Below are positions 36,295-47,232 of a DNA stretch of 64,000 nt, one piece after another. The translations under genes and the position numbers were made by a program. The stretch comes from a bacterium (GTDB taxonomy: Bacteria > Hinthialibacterota > Hinthialibacteria > Hinthialibacterales > Hinthialibacteraceae): NCBI GenBank assembly GCA_963663405.2, contig CAXXSM010000100.1, forward strand, positions 6,351-70,350, in the 5' to 3' direction. The notes below the pieces were generated by a model, which ran no database searches, had not been told where the DNA came from, and worked only from the letters and a program-made list of their open reading frames with translations. How positions within the stretch are numbered: the first letter of the stretch is position 1; each line of letters begins with the position of its first letter.

Positions 36295-38193
36295 TTATAA
36301 TTCATCATTGTAAGTGACAATCGCAATCTCGTATGTCTCGACCTTAGGAATCGTAAATGAAACAATACCGTCTTCAACATGGTAATGCAGCGAACGATCC
36401 GTTTCCCTCAATGGATTGGCCAACAGGATGCTCTGTACAGTTTTATTTTTCGGTAGGCGGATCCGGGCCTGGACATCTGCAACCGGATCAATCGGATGAT
36501 AATTAACAAGATGGAGAAATCTCCGGCGCCCGCTCTCCGTCAATTCCGCGCAGAGACCGAACGGCGCTTGAACATCCATCGAAAGCCCCTTGTGACTGGC
36601 TTTCTGAATTGCGCTGGTTAAATCACTCGCGCTGTTGATCCACGTCAATTGACGCAAAGGAACGTCATTAAAAATCTGTTCTTTCCGGGTAGTCATCCAT
36701 TCATCATAGATTCCAACTGAACCTAACAGGCACAAATGGCCTCCCTCTTGGACAAATTTCGTGATCTGATGGATATGCGAATCAGAGAGAGCCACGCATC
36801 CAGCCAATACAAGAACTCGATAAGGATTGAGATCTTTAAGATGTTGATCATATACGATCTGAAATGGGATACGATTTTCAATCAGCGTCTGTTCCGCTTC
36901 ATTTGTGAGCTGGGAATATTTGTGATCCGCGAATGATTGAGAGGGAAAACTGCGCAAGACCGCTACATCCGCGATCACGCGGGTGTCACGAAAAATCTCC
37001 CGCCGCGTATGGAAGAATTGGATATAGGGCGCGAGCGCTTCGGAGACGGGTTGGTCCGACCCCGGTTTCTCCACCATCTTCCCGTATTCAAACCAAACCA
37101 CACAACCCAGACAATTCAGATTGAAGGCCATCGACTCGGCCATTTCTAAAGGCGTTGTGCAGTAAGCGAAAGCCATATTGTCCATCCGCCGAGCTGTTTT
37201 GTAGGTTCGAATCCGGTTATGTAAAACACCCTCTCGTACACCAGGAGGTCTTCCTTCATCCCAAAACGCCTCGCCCCCGCCGAGAAGCCTTCCATGATCG
37301 ATTGGAGAGCGGATGTAGCCGCCTACTCCGCCTGGATTGCATTCCAGAAGGACATCTTTTCGCAAACTGCGGGCATACGAACCCATTTCATAATACGAAT
37401 CAGCAAGGGATTGGCAGGAAAAATCATTCCATGCGTAACGTAGAAAGCCAATCGGCGCCTCATCTCCTGGTGGTAAAACGGTATTTACATCGTCAATCCC
37501 ATTGCGTTTTAATGTATCGGTATTGAATCGAGTTCGAAGATAGTTCCGGAAACGCTGGATCGAATTAGCGTCATGTCCCGGACCCACGGAATAATTATCA
37601 AAATGAATCAGATCTGTTTGAATCCTCTCCACTGCGAATTGGACGATATTATTCTTATAAAACGCCTGCGCGGCTGGATGATTTCGATTCCAATAATACC
37701 GATATGTGGCGCTGCCGTATTGAGCCGGATCGCCATTGGGTTTCAAGACAACCCAGTCCTTCGCTTCCGGCGTTTCGGGAAAGAGCAACTCCCACCCAAA
37801 CGCGCCGCTGTACACATACACACCAACGCGAAGTCCGTTCTCATGGCAGAGTTTCGAGAATTGGACGGCGTCAGCCATGCTGTCTCGTTCATTTCCTAAC
37901 CCAAATCCTTTATAGCAGTGCATCATGACGAAATTGACGCCGAGAGATTTTAATTGTTCCACCATCTCCTGACTGTGTTCGCGCTTGTACGCGGCCCGTT
38001 GTTCGGGAGTGGGTTCGTAACCGTCACTTCCATCCCGGCGCACGCGGAACAGCAACGGTTCCCAACTGCCCGCCATGACGATTCCGTCTTCATTAAACCA
38101 GCCCGGCCGCTGATCGTGGGGAAGAGTCAACGTTTCTCCCACAGCGGACGAGATGAATCCAAAACAGAATAAAAGAATTACATGAATGAACAT
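36295..38193 (-). CDS. Putative glycoside hydrolase (GH42-like TIM barrel plus trimerisation-like domain)
   Basis: 632-aa intact ORF with a signal peptide. ..GVNFVMMHCYKGFG.. and ..YRVLVLAGCVALSD..FVQEGGHLCLLG.. resemble the beta-galactosidase GH42 architecture. AGGAAGGA RBS before the ATG at 38193. Confidence 0.45.
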   Translation of the reverse strand: MFIHVILLFCFGFISSAVGETLTLPHDQRPGWFNEDGIVMAGSWEPLLFRVRRDGSDGYEPTPEQRAAYKREHSQEMVEQLKSLGVNFVMMHCYKGFGLGNERDSMADAVQFSKLCHENGLRVGVYVYSGAFGWELLFPETPEAKDWVVLKPNGDPAQYGSATYRYYWNRNHPAAQAFYKNNIVQFAVERIQTDLIHFDNYSVGPGHDANSIQRFRNYLRTRFNTDTLKRNGIDDVNTVLPPGDEAPIGFLRYAWNDFSCQSLADSYYEMGSYARSLRKDVLLECNPGGVGGYIRSPIDHGRLLGGGEAFWDEGRPPGVREGVLHNRIRTYKTARRMDNMAFAYCTTPLEMAESMAFNLNCLGCVVWFEYGKMVEKPGSDQPVSEALAPYIQFFHTRREIFRDTRVIADVAVLRSFPSQSFADHKYSQLTNEAEQTLIENRIPFQIVYDQHLKDLNPYRVLVLAGCVALSDSHIHQITKFVQEGGHLCLLGSVGIYDEWMTTRKEQIFNDVPLRQLTWINSASDLTSAIQKASHKGLSMDVQAPFGLCAELTESGRRRFLHLVNYHPIDPVADVQARIRLPKNKTVQSILLANPLRETDRSLHYHVEDGIVSFTIPKVETYEIAIVTYNDEL

Positions 38194-38356
38194 AATCAGA
38201 TCCTTCCTAATGGGGCATTCCATCTAAGAAATGCCATGTTTTTACTAACGTTCGATTGTGCGATCGCCGGATATCGAAAGGAGCGCTTTATACATCTGTT
38301 TTTCTTCCTATGAGAATGCAATCACTGGAATCCAATCCAGCCGCGTGGACTCTCGT

Positions 38357-39649
38357 TCAACGTTTTCGTACACGGGAAAGAATTTTTTCGTAGCGTTGAC
38401 GGTAGACAGGATTATTCGGATCAAGGTCAATGGCCTTGCGTATCGACCGCAGGCAGAGATCGGCGTCGCCATGGGAATAATAGGCCCAGCTCAAAATGTC
38501 GTACGCTTCCGCCGTAGGTTCGCTGCTCACTACGCTTTCGAGAAGTTCAATCGCTTTTTGGGGACCCTCTTTGCTACTGCTGTAGAGGAAGGTTTTCGCA
38601 AGTCCACGTTTGACCGCGTTGTCGTCTGGATTGAGTTCATGCGCTTTCGCGAGCGCCTGATGAGCGTTTTTCCAGTCTTTCTGCGATGCGAGAATGAGTC
38701 CCAGCCCCAAGTAGTAACGATGATCCTCTCCATTCATCGTCAGCAATTCCCGGAACAGGGTCTCGGCTTTCTTCGGTTGTTCCAGGTCTTGGTAGACCTG
38801 AGCCAACCTGAAACGGGCTTCTTCACTTTTTGGATCGAACGAGAGTGTTTTTAAAAAATGGAACCGGGATTCATTCAACCGGTTGCGCTGGTAATAGATC
38901 GAAGCCACATCAAAATGGACAGCGGCGGCGGAAGCGTTTGCGTTCTCTTGATCGGTCTTTTCGACCACCGTTTCGTCCATATATTTTTCTTCTTCTTTTT
39001 TCTTTTCGCGGAACGTCTCTAACATTTTTTTCGCCGCGTCTTGATCGCCTTGCTGCCGGTAAATCTTGGAGAGTAGATAGTACGGTTCGGGCAAGAGGGA
39101 ATTATACTTGCTCGCAGCTTCCGCTTCGCGCCGGGCTTCATCCAAACGGCCTTCGTCGAAATAACGCTGCCCCAAATAGAAATGACAAGACGCGTCAGTC
39201 GGATTGTATTTCAGTTCCGCTTCAAACGCGTCACGGGCTTCTTCCATACGATTCAACTTTTCGAGCGCCTGCCCGAGCCGCTTGTTCGCCTGCGGAGCGC
39301 CGGGATCGAGCCGCAGCGTTTTTTGATACCAGTCCACCGCGTTTTCATAATCTGGAAGACGGGCGTAGAGAAACGCGACCATCTGCACAATCGACGCTTT
39401 TCCCGGCTCATACTCCAATCCCTTTTTAAAAGCCTCAATCGCTTCCTCATATTTCCTCGCGCGGTAATACACATATCCCATTGCAAAATGACTCGGCGCG
39501 AACTCTGGAAACGCATTCTGAACCTGATCCGCGACACCAACAGTATATTCCAAAACCTTCTTTGGATTCATTTTCTCCGCGGCAAAGACTGAGCAACCGG
39601 CGTGAGAAACAACAGCGAAAAGAAAAAAAACAATGAGTAATCGTTTCAT
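38357..39649 (-). CDS. TPR-repeat protein with signal peptide
   Basis: Multiple A..Y..A......P....A...LG TPR units. Start MKRLLIVFFLFAVVSHA at 39649. Confidence 0.8.
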   Translation of the reverse strand: MKRLLIVFFLFAVVSHAGCSVFAAEKMNPKKVLEYTVGVADQVQNAFPEFAPSHFAMGYVYYRARKYEEAIEAFKKGLEYEPGKASIVQMVAFLYARLPDYENAVDWYQKTLRLDPGAPQANKRLGQALEKLNRMEEARDAFEAELKYNPTDASCHFYLGQRYFDEGRLDEARREAEAASKYNSLLPEPYYLLSKIYRQQGDQDAAKKMLETFREKKKEEEKYMDETVVEKTDQENANASAAAVHFDVASIYYQRNRLNESRFHFLKTLSFDPKSEEARFRLAQVYQDLEQPKKAETLFRELLTMNGEDHRYYLGLGLILASQKDWKNAHQALAKAHELNPDDNAVKRGLAKTFLYSSSKEGPQKAIELLESVVSSEPTAEAYDILSWAYYSHGDADLCLRSIRKAIDLDPNNPVYRQRYEKILSRVRKR

Positions 39650-39854
39650 GATAGTAATACCTCTGCGGAATAACGGCGAATTTCCTGTATTATAGTAAAT
39701 GAGCAATATCAAGCCGTCAATATATTCTAAAATTCGCTTGACAATCTGGATGAGGGAAGCATAATGCGAAGCTACATAGTAACCTGTTCCGATTGAATGA
39801 AGATTATGTGATGATAGGTTCATTAGACGAAAATGTCATAAAGGATAATGGCTG

Positions 39855-40082
39855 GTGATTATAAAGTTCTCACGACACGCAAAACGAAGATCAAAGTTAT
39901 ATGATATATCCCAACAAACAATTGAGAAAATCATTGAAAATTCGAATATAGATGAAGGTAAACATGAATTAATAGAAGATGTTTCTGGTTTTAAATATCC
40001 GATAAAGATAGTTGTTTCAGTGGAAGGTAATATCGTGACTGTGATTACAAATTATCCTTTAAAGAAAGGAAGAAAGCAATGA
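39855..40082 (+). CDS. DUF4258-like small protein (putative toxin)
   Basis: ..FSRHAKRRSKLYDISQQTIEKII.. pattern. Overlaps the next gene by 4 nt. Confidence 0.5.
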   Translation: MIIKFSRHAKRRSKLYDISQQTIEKIIENSNIDEGKHELIEDVSGFKYPIKIVVSVEGNIVTVITNYPLKKGRKQ

Positions 40083-40321
40083 AAGTCCATTACGATGAAG
40101 AAATAGACGCCTTATACATCACTCTTGGCGATCAAAAACCCGATGGAGTGATTGAAATCGATGAGGGGGTAAATATTGATACCACAACGAATGGGAATCT
40201 TACTGGAATTGAAATTCTCAATGCGTCTCAGAAAATAAATATTGAAACGATCTTGTCTTACGTTTTAGAATTTGATCGGGATATACTAAAAAAAACTAGC
40301 CGAAGAAGCCGCCCTATTTAA
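40079..40321 (+). CDS. DUF2283-family protein (putative antitoxin partner)
   Basis: MKVHYDEEIDALYITLGD...NLTGIEILNAS is the DUF2283 signature. Confidence 0.65.
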   Translation: MKVHYDEEIDALYITLGDQKPDGVIEIDEGVNIDTTTNGNLTGIEILNASQKINIETILSYVLEFDRDILKKTSRRSRPI

Positions 40322-40634
40322 TTGTCCGATCACACATTGGTATTCCCAGAATTCAACATGGAAGAAAATCAAATCTTTTTTTAAATACAATTGCTATAAT
40401 TATGGATATAATTATAGATAATTATTGGGATTTAATTGAAGGTTCTCGCCCGCAGAATGTTTTGACAAACAACTGAATTGACTCTTACTGGAATTTTATG
40501 ATCTATGGTTCGATGATGACAATTCACTGCGTATAGCTATTTTGCTTGACAATCGGAACAATGGCTCCATACATATGGACTGAATTTGCCGAATGGCGTT
40601 TTATTATTAATGTTAACCAAAGGGGATAAAGAAA

Positions 40635-41084
40635 TTGAATCAAATGAACGCAGTAAAAAGACTCTATTTCTCTAAACGGGTAATTTTATTCGAATCGATT
40701 GGTTTTATTGTCATGATCCTCTTCTTTTGGATCATTGAATTGGTCGATATTCCCAATTTCATTATGAGGGGGGAACCGACGCCGATTAACTGGGTTGAAG
40801 CGTTAATTGAAAGCTCTGGTATCGCTTTTCTCGGCGCCGTATGTGTGATTTACACAAAATTAATGCTTCTGCGATTGAAATATCTCGAGGGAATTATCCC
40901 CATCTGTTCTTCGTGCAAGAAAATAAGAGATGATTCTGGGCAATGGCGTCAAATTGAGTCTTACATTCGTGAAAAATCCGAAGCTGAATTCAGTCATGGC
41001 CTTTGTCCTGAATGTATGAAAAAATTGTACCCGGATATTTATGCGAAGATGCATGAATCAAACAAAGATAATAACACTTTTTAG
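40635..41084 (+). CDS. Membrane protein with C-terminal Cys/His motif (CxxCKKIRDD..W..E.Y......FSHGLCPxC)
   Basis: Two predicted TM helices, then CSSCKKIRDDSGQWRQIESYIREKSEAEFSHGLCPECMKKLY. Confidence 0.6.
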   Translation: MNQMNAVKRLYFSKRVILFESIGFIVMILFFWIIELVDIPNFIMRGEPTPINWVEALIESSGIAFLGAVCVIYTKLMLLRLKYLEGIIPICSSCKKIRDDSGQWRQIESYIREKSEAEFSHGLCPECMKKLYPDIYAKMHESNKDNNTF

Positions 41085-41389
41085 TGATTTGGCGTTGACT
41101 CAATTTCTTTTGATGACCACATTTTGCGATCTCATACCATAAAATCATTATCCCATCTATTGGAAAAACTCAATTCTCTCAATTGTCTTTTTTTTAAACT
41201 AGAAGACCCTCCACTTCGATTTTCTCTTTTTTCAGATTGAACCACTAAAGTCTAACCGGATTTTGGACGATAGTAGAATTAGACATTTGCTATGTATTGT
41301 AAAGGGTGGATGAGGCGGATTGCAATCCCCACTCCCGATTGAATAACACCGGTCAAACCATTTTATCCATCAGAGCCAAGGACGGCTGA

Positions 41390-42781
41390 ATGGATCCACG
41401 GACGGGTCGAGCTGTACTGATGGCAAAGGCGAAAACTATGAATACCACGCCTAGCCTGAGCGCTCAAACAGTTGGCGTATCCGCATCCATTATCAATGGA
41501 TACACGGCGCCGGAACTCGGTCAACAGTCTTCGAACACCGGTTCATCGGTGAGAATTGCCAGTCATATGATGATTTCGCGGCGCGATAATGCGGTGATCT
41601 CCACCCAGGCGCGGGAGATGGCGCAGATTCGCGAGTCTGGAGAAGATTCTCAAATTCGCCGGATTCAAGAAGCCGCAATGGACGATAAGAGCGATAAGGG
41701 AGGAGTTCCTTTACCGGATGAGTTCACGCTGGAGGCCCAGACCGGATCATTGGCTCGATCGTTAAGCCGTGAACAAGTGGGCGATATCGCCGCGCAGATG
41801 CACAAACTTTTTGGCTTGAATGAAACAGCCAGCCGGCAATTGCTGTCAGAAACCAATTCAACAAATACGAACACATTACAAACCGAAGCCCTTAATCCAA
41901 CCAGCGATACCCCCTCCAATCCATTAGCGGACGTTCAAACCAATCCTGAATTTCAATCGTATATCGCTTTGATCCGTATGCTCTCCAAAGATGATGAAGC
42001 GTTGGGGAAAGCGCTGAATCAGTTGGAAGAATACCTCGCTGGTGAATCGCCGGAATCGGAAGGAATGTCCCTGGACGATATGATGGCAAAGATCGGCGAG
42101 GAATATCAGGCGGAACAAGCCGCGCAGTCCTCCGCGTCATCCTACGTTGAAATCAGAATCAGCAGCCGTCAGGAACTGGAAATCCGGATGGAACAAAACC
42201 AACCGGTACAAACCAGTGAACGGATCGTCTTCAATACAGTGATCGCGGCGGATGGAACTGTTTCTGTCCAGCAAGTCGCGCAAGGTGATCCGTTGGTTCT
42301 CGATTTAGATGGCGATGGAATCGAACTCACTTCCGTCGAGGAAGGAGTCTCGTTCTCTCTCGATGGAACAGGCAGAACTCATCAAACGGCGTTTGTAACC
42401 GGCGGAGACGCCTTTCTCGCATTGGACCGAAACGGAAACGGTGTCATTGACAGCGGAAAAGAACTGTTTGGCGAACAACATGGGGCCAAGGATGGATTTG
42501 AAGAACTCCGTAAATTAGATGACAACCATGATGGTCAAATCGACGCGCAAGACGCAGTCTACTCTCAACTCAGACTCTACAGCGAAAAGAACATGGATGG
42601 AATCTCTCAGCAAGATGAACTGAGAACGCTGGTGGAGGAAGGCGTTTCCGCCATTTCACTTCACGCCGAAAAAGAGAATCAAATCATCGCTGGAAACACA
42701 CTCGATCGCGTGGCCTCCTTCGAGCGGGTGGATGGTTCGCAAGGAATCATCGGTGACGCGCTGCTCAACTTCTACGTTTGA
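41390..42781 (+). CDS. Ca2+-binding-loop protein (Dx[DN]xDG EF-hand/dockerin-like repeats), low-complexity N-terminal half
   Basis: DLDGDGIE.., DRNGNGVIDSGKELFG, DDNHDGQIDAQD, NMDGISQQDE. Confidence 0.55.
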   Translation: MDPRTGRAVLMAKAKTMNTTPSLSAQTVGVSASIINGYTAPELGQQSSNTGSSVRIASHMMISRRDNAVISTQAREMAQIRESGEDSQIRRIQEAAMDDKSDKGGVPLPDEFTLEAQTGSLARSLSREQVGDIAAQMHKLFGLNETASRQLLSETNSTNTNTLQTEALNPTSDTPSNPLADVQTNPEFQSYIALIRMLSKDDEALGKALNQLEEYLAGESPESEGMSLDDMMAKIGEEYQAEQAAQSSASSYVEIRISSRQELEIRMEQNQPVQTSERIVFNTVIAADGTVSVQQVAQGDPLVLDLDGDGIELTSVEEGVSFSLDGTGRTHQTAFVTGGDAFLALDRNGNGVIDSGKELFGEQHGAKDGFEELRKLDDNHDGQIDAQDAVYSQLRLYSEKNMDGISQQDELRTLVEEGVSAISLHAEKENQIIAGNTLDRVASFERVDGSQGIIGDALLNFYV

Positions 42782-42791
42782 TCCCATACGG

Positions 42792-43796
42792 TTAGATAAA
42801 CCGCGCGCCCCCTCGAAACGGAGGTGGTTCATCCGCGTCTCTCCGTTTGAGTGGTTGTAGAACCGCCTTGCGGAAATTGAGCATTTCCGTCCGGCCCATA
42901 CCATCGAACATTAGCACGCAATGCGATAATCCGTTATCGAGCATCCGAGCCGCGTTCCATAGGGACACTTCACATTGCCGAAACACCCAGCGCAGTTTTT
43001 GCGCGTAGAATTCCGCGCGTTGAATCGACGCATAGGCGGTAACCGGCTGCTCGCGATACGTCGAACGCCGCTGTTCACCTACGATCCCTCGATGAAGAGC
43101 AATCCAGACATAAGGAACAACCTCCGCTCCCCAACGGTAGAGCGCGTCTCGTTCTTCCTCATCCTTTTCAAACGCATCCACGGCCAGTTCCGCCGCTTTA
43201 CGGTTGTATAGTTTGTATCCGGATTGAAGATCCGGCCACGGCCCATATTGGCGGTAGTAAATCTGATTGGGCGCGTAGTTCTTCTTCGCCAGAGCGAACT
43301 GTAGAGCGGCGTCGATTACCCCGTTGAGGATTTTCTCATACACCGCCCGGTAGAGCGTTAAGGGAGGTTCCAGCTGATTCCGCCCGCCAACCACAAGAAT
43401 CGGCGCGTCTTCGCATTCCTCCTGCATTTGGCGCCCCAGTTCGAGCATAGCGGAAAAATCATCCACCCGGTGATCTCCATCCGCGTCCCGCACGGCGAAC
43501 CATTCCATGGACGAATCTACAAGCCCACACTGCAGTCCTGCAACCACTCCCTTCCCTTTCCCTTTGTTCTCAGTGGCGTTAACAATCTGGAAATGAGATG
43601 TGGTCTGTTCCCGGATTCGTTCCGCGATTGGAAGAACACGTTCAACACCGTCTATATACACGTATTGATTATCCGGTTCTGCGATCCTCTCAGCCCCCGT
43701 TAAGGTCATGGAAAGCAGCCGCTCGATTTCATCTTCTTCCACACGGTCCGAAAACCAGGCCGGGATAATCATAAACACATTTGAATTACACGACAT
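42792..43796 (-). CDS. Glycosyltransferase-like (GT-A fold) protein
   Basis: ..NKGKGKGVVAG.. and ..VRDADGDH.. (DxD-like) motifs. Confidence 0.4.
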   Translation of the reverse strand: MSCNSNVFMIIPAWFSDRVEEDEIERLLSMTLTGAERIAEPDNQYVYIDGVERVLPIAERIREQTTSHFQIVNATENKGKGKGVVAGLQCGLVDSSMEWFAVRDADGDHRVDDFSAMLELGRQMQEECEDAPILVVGGRNQLEPPLTLYRAVYEKILNGVIDAALQFALAKKNYAPNQIYYRQYGPWPDLQSGYKLYNRKAAELAVDAFEKDEEERDALYRWGAEVVPYVWIALHRGIVGEQRRSTYREQPVTAYASIQRAEFYAQKLRWVFRQCEVSLWNAARMLDNGLSHCVLMFDGMGRTEMLNFRKAVLQPLKRRDADEPPPFRGGARFI

Positions 43797-43808
43797 TCCA
43801 CGCTCCCC

Positions 43809-46391
43809 TTAATATAAAATTCCATTAAACAAGAGCCGGAACGTCCCGTGCGGCTGCGCCCGGTGTTGAACGCGGAATCCGTAAAGAACAATCTTCCCAG
43901 AGCCGTAGGGGATGGCCAAAGCGGCGATTTTTTTCTGCAGATGTTGTTCCCCAAAAATCCAACCGCTAAGTAGAGTAACAGTCTTATCGTATACCGCGAC
44001 GATCTCCGGTTTCCCAATCGCAGGGCCGTCGAAATCTTCTCGCGTCGCGTTTTTAATTATGTCAAATGCGTACGAGCGAGAGAAATAAGCGGCCGCTTTC
44101 TTGGGCATCCCAAAAGCGACGGGCGAGTCTGTGTTCAGATTGATGCGCAACAATGAACCAGCGCAGAAGAATTCAGTTTGTTTCAAACCACTGAGCACAT
44201 TCTTAATGGGTAGATCGAAATGTTTAATTGCAAAGAAACAAGAACTATCCAAACAAAGCAACCGTCCTCCTTGATCAACGAAATCCTGCATGGCCGCCAC
44301 ACCGATATCGCCAATGCCTCCTACATACTGGGGCGCCGTAGTGGATTCTTTACTGCCATTGATTAACGTATCGACACCCATATCTGGAATGATGATCGCG
44401 TCATACCGGTCTCGCAGGTTCCCCGCCCGGATTTCCGCATTGTGCAGTGAAGTGTAATCAAATTCGAATTGTTCGATGACAAAGCGGGTCCATCCCTCAT
44501 CCATGTTGGCGGTCCAGGGTTGATAAAGGCCCAGCCGAGGTTTAGGGATTTCCGCCAGTGTCTCTTTCGGTGGGGATGAAGAAATACGGGCAACTTCTAA
44601 TCCCAATTCCTCGATCCATTCCCGTAGTTGGTTCTCTTGCGAAGAGCCGTTGGGCGCATACAAGAGACAACCGGTGGGATAGTCTTCCTTGCGCGTTCCC
44701 CATTTTTCCGTCATAACGAAGACGGGAATTTCCTCACGAAACGCGCGGTTGGCGAGGATAAAATCGTTAGTGGTTTGATTTTTTGTAATATAGGTCGAAC
44801 CGCTTCCCCGGATTTCAACCGGTGGAATGGAAAAGATTTCTGCGCGGCGAGACTCCGCATCGAAAGTGGTCTGCACGGTGATTACGTTCACGCCCATCTG
44901 ATACGGCAGTGTCCATCCGGCTACATCATAGGGCGCTTCGGCGGGACCACCGGGATATAGAAAGCGGTCAGGGTACTCCTGCGGTTCCATTAAATCTTTC
45001 AGGTGATTGCGGTATGGCTGCGCGCAGTAGGCGATATATGTCCCTGCCCCGTATTCAACGCCATCCGCAATAAAAGAATCTTCCGCGACATCGATCTCAA
45101 TGCCGCCCATCCGCAAAATCCGCAGCATCTTCACTGCCGTCGGAAAATCCCGTTGTTCTTTGGGGATGAGATAAGCGAACGGTGGTTCTTCCGCTCCAAG
45201 ACGGATCGCTTTTTCGCCTAATTCCAGATAATTGCGGTTGAACCGGTCTCGATAACGGGCCGCTACATTGAAAAGAGCGTAACAGGCGATTTCTTCGTAA
45301 TCGATCACATCCCGCAGCCGCCACCAGCCCCCATCCCACGGATCGGCGAAATTGACCTGAGGCCGGTATTCTTGCAAACCCCGTGTATGGCCGCTTAATT
45401 CTGATTTCCGCTGGAAGATGGGAGACGCGACAAGCGGTGAGGCCGCTTCGGTCAGGATCCCAACAATGTTATGACGATAGGGTGTAGTACGATTGCCGCC
45501 ATGCCACCAATTATCGTAAATCGCATTCGTCAATACTCCCTTCTTCCCATTCTCGGCCAATTCAGTGGCCATATGTCCGCCAATTATTTTTAGGGATTCA
45601 TGAATAATCGGATCCACATTGGGATTGATGGGATCGAAAAAGGGAGGGAGGAAGAACCGGCAACCGCTATTTCCCATCTGGTGAATATCATAAATAATGC
45701 AGGGGTACCATTCCTCGTAGAGAACCCGTGTCAAAATCCGCGTTTCTTGCTGTGTAAGCATAAACCAATCACGGTTATTATCGTGTCCTACATATTTTTG
45801 ATACAACCAGGGCATCCCCTGCCCCTCCCACGGTTTCCCCAGGCTGCTCTCATACCAATCAATAACTTTATTTATCCCATCCGGATTGGCCGAGGGAACT
45901 AACAAAATAATCGTATTATCAAGGATCTCCCGCGTCCGTTCGTCCTGATCCACCGCCAGTTGATACAACAGTTCCATCGACAGCTGAGAGGAACCGATCT
46001 CACTGGAATGAATAGCGCAGGAGATGAGAACGACGGTTTTGGCTTTCTCCAAAACCTGTTCCCGCTCCCCTGATTGAATTTCATTGGGATGGGAGAGCAG
46101 CCGCTGATACCGCTTGTAGCGGCCGATTTCCTCTATCGTTTCCGGTGAGGAAATCGTGGCCAACAAGAACGGCGCGTTTTCCGTCGTACGGCCGATTTCT
46201 TCAACAATCGCTCGATCCGTTTCTTCCGCCACATGATAAAAATAGTCTACAATGGTCTCCCATCGCGCCAGTTTAAAATCCGCCCCGACCGGATGCCCGA
46301 TAAACTCCTCCGGCGATTGGATCGACGCCACGCTGGATGACAGTGGGATGGACATTAACAATAAATAGAGAACGAATACGCGTGTTTTCAT
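43809..46391 (-). CDS. M14-family zinc carboxypeptidase-like protein, secreted
   Basis: ..ISCAIHSSEIGS.. (HxxE) and ..LLVPSANPDGINK.. . AGGAGG RBS before the ATG at 46391, followed by a signal peptide. Confidence 0.7.
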   Translation of the reverse strand: MKTRVFVLYLLLMSIPLSSSVASIQSPEEFIGHPVGADFKLARWETIVDYFYHVAEETDRAIVEEIGRTTENAPFLLATISSPETIEEIGRYKRYQRLLSHPNEIQSGEREQVLEKAKTVVLISCAIHSSEIGSSQLSMELLYQLAVDQDERTREILDNTIILLVPSANPDGINKVIDWYESSLGKPWEGQGMPWLYQKYVGHDNNRDWFMLTQQETRILTRVLYEEWYPCIIYDIHQMGNSGCRFFLPPFFDPINPNVDPIIHESLKIIGGHMATELAENGKKGVLTNAIYDNWWHGGNRTTPYRHNIVGILTEAASPLVASPIFQRKSELSGHTRGLQEYRPQVNFADPWDGGWWRLRDVIDYEEIACYALFNVAARYRDRFNRNYLELGEKAIRLGAEEPPFAYLIPKEQRDFPTAVKMLRILRMGGIEIDVAEDSFIADGVEYGAGTYIAYCAQPYRNHLKDLMEPQEYPDRFLYPGGPAEAPYDVAGWTLPYQMGVNVITVQTTFDAESRRAEIFSIPPVEIRGSGSTYITKNQTTNDFILANRAFREEIPVFVMTEKWGTRKEDYPTGCLLYAPNGSSQENQLREWIEELGLEVARISSSPPKETLAEIPKPRLGLYQPWTANMDEGWTRFVIEQFEFDYTSLHNAEIRAGNLRDRYDAIIIPDMGVDTLINGSKESTTAPQYVGGIGDIGVAAMQDFVDQGGRLLCLDSSCFFAIKHFDLPIKNVLSGLKQTEFFCAGSLLRINLNTDSPVAFGMPKKAAAYFSRSYAFDIIKNATREDFDGPAIGKPEIVAVYDKTVTLLSGWIFGEQHLQKKIAALAIPYGSGKIVLYGFRVQHRAQPHGTFRLLFNGILY

Positions 46392-46868
46392 TGATTGCCT
46401 CCTATATGAAACGCGTGATTGTATCTTCAAAGGATGAATGTACGTATCTTGCGGGATGTTTTTCTCCAGGTCAATGCGTAACGGGAGATTTCTATAATTC
46501 GTTGATTTTATCGATCCTGGTATAGCCTTGAGCGCGGCATTATGGTAGATTACTTCTAAAGAAACACCTAGGTATCAACCTCGATGTTGAAATGATACTA
46601 AATCTGGGTTCAATTTTAAATTAATCCAAAAAACGGACAGGTTCGTCTGCTTATAAAAGAAAGCGGTAAAAGCCGAAAAGAGAATCTGCGCAAATCGATA
46701 AACATCATAATAGAGTCTTTATTTTTTTATGAATAGATACGAGTACCGTCTTACAGAAATCGTGTAACTGCAATGTGAGGAAAATGAAGATTGGGAGTAA
46801 AAACCTCTCAATCCACGTTTGTTCATTTTCACCAAACATTTTGATTTCTATTGCATGAGGTAAAGATC

Positions 46869-47204
46869 ATGCGCATCGAGAAAAGTTCGATGGGAGACGT
46901 GGTTCTGCTCAAAATATCGGGAAAGATTTCGTTTACTGATATTCAGACACTAAAGACCATGTTGCGAAAATTGGCGATTTCAGGAAAAGAAAAGATCCTA
47001 GTGGACTGCGCCAATATGGACAGTCTTAACAGCCAAGCGCTAGCGACATTCATGTCAGCGTACAGGATGTTGAAAGAGGGTTTCATTTCATTCGCCAATG
47101 CGAATCCGCATGTCAGGGCGGTGTTTGAAACGACTCATCTCGATCAACGATTCCATCTCTATGATACTATTGAAGACGCGATCACCGAGATGAAATTCGC
47201 TTAA
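46869..47204 (+). CDS. STAS-domain anti-sigma-factor antagonist (SpoIIAA-like)
   Basis: ..VVLLKISGKISFTDIQTLKTML..ILVDCANMDSLNSQALATF.. . Confidence 0.75.
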   Translation: MRIEKSSMGDVVLLKISGKISFTDIQTLKTMLRKLAISGKEKILVDCANMDSLNSQALATFMSAYRMLKEGFISFANANPHVRAVFETTHLDQRFHLYDTIEDAITEMKFA

Positions 47205-47232
47205 AAACGATCCACGCCGCTGGCTATTCGTT

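Noticed and set aside
38830-39592. Plus-strand ORFs 38830..39429 and 39182..39592 opposite the TPR gene. Similar shadow ORFs lie opposite the protease, portal, proS and M14 genes.
   Set aside because: They are antisense shadows of well-supported long genes. Their composition is biased and they contain no motifs.
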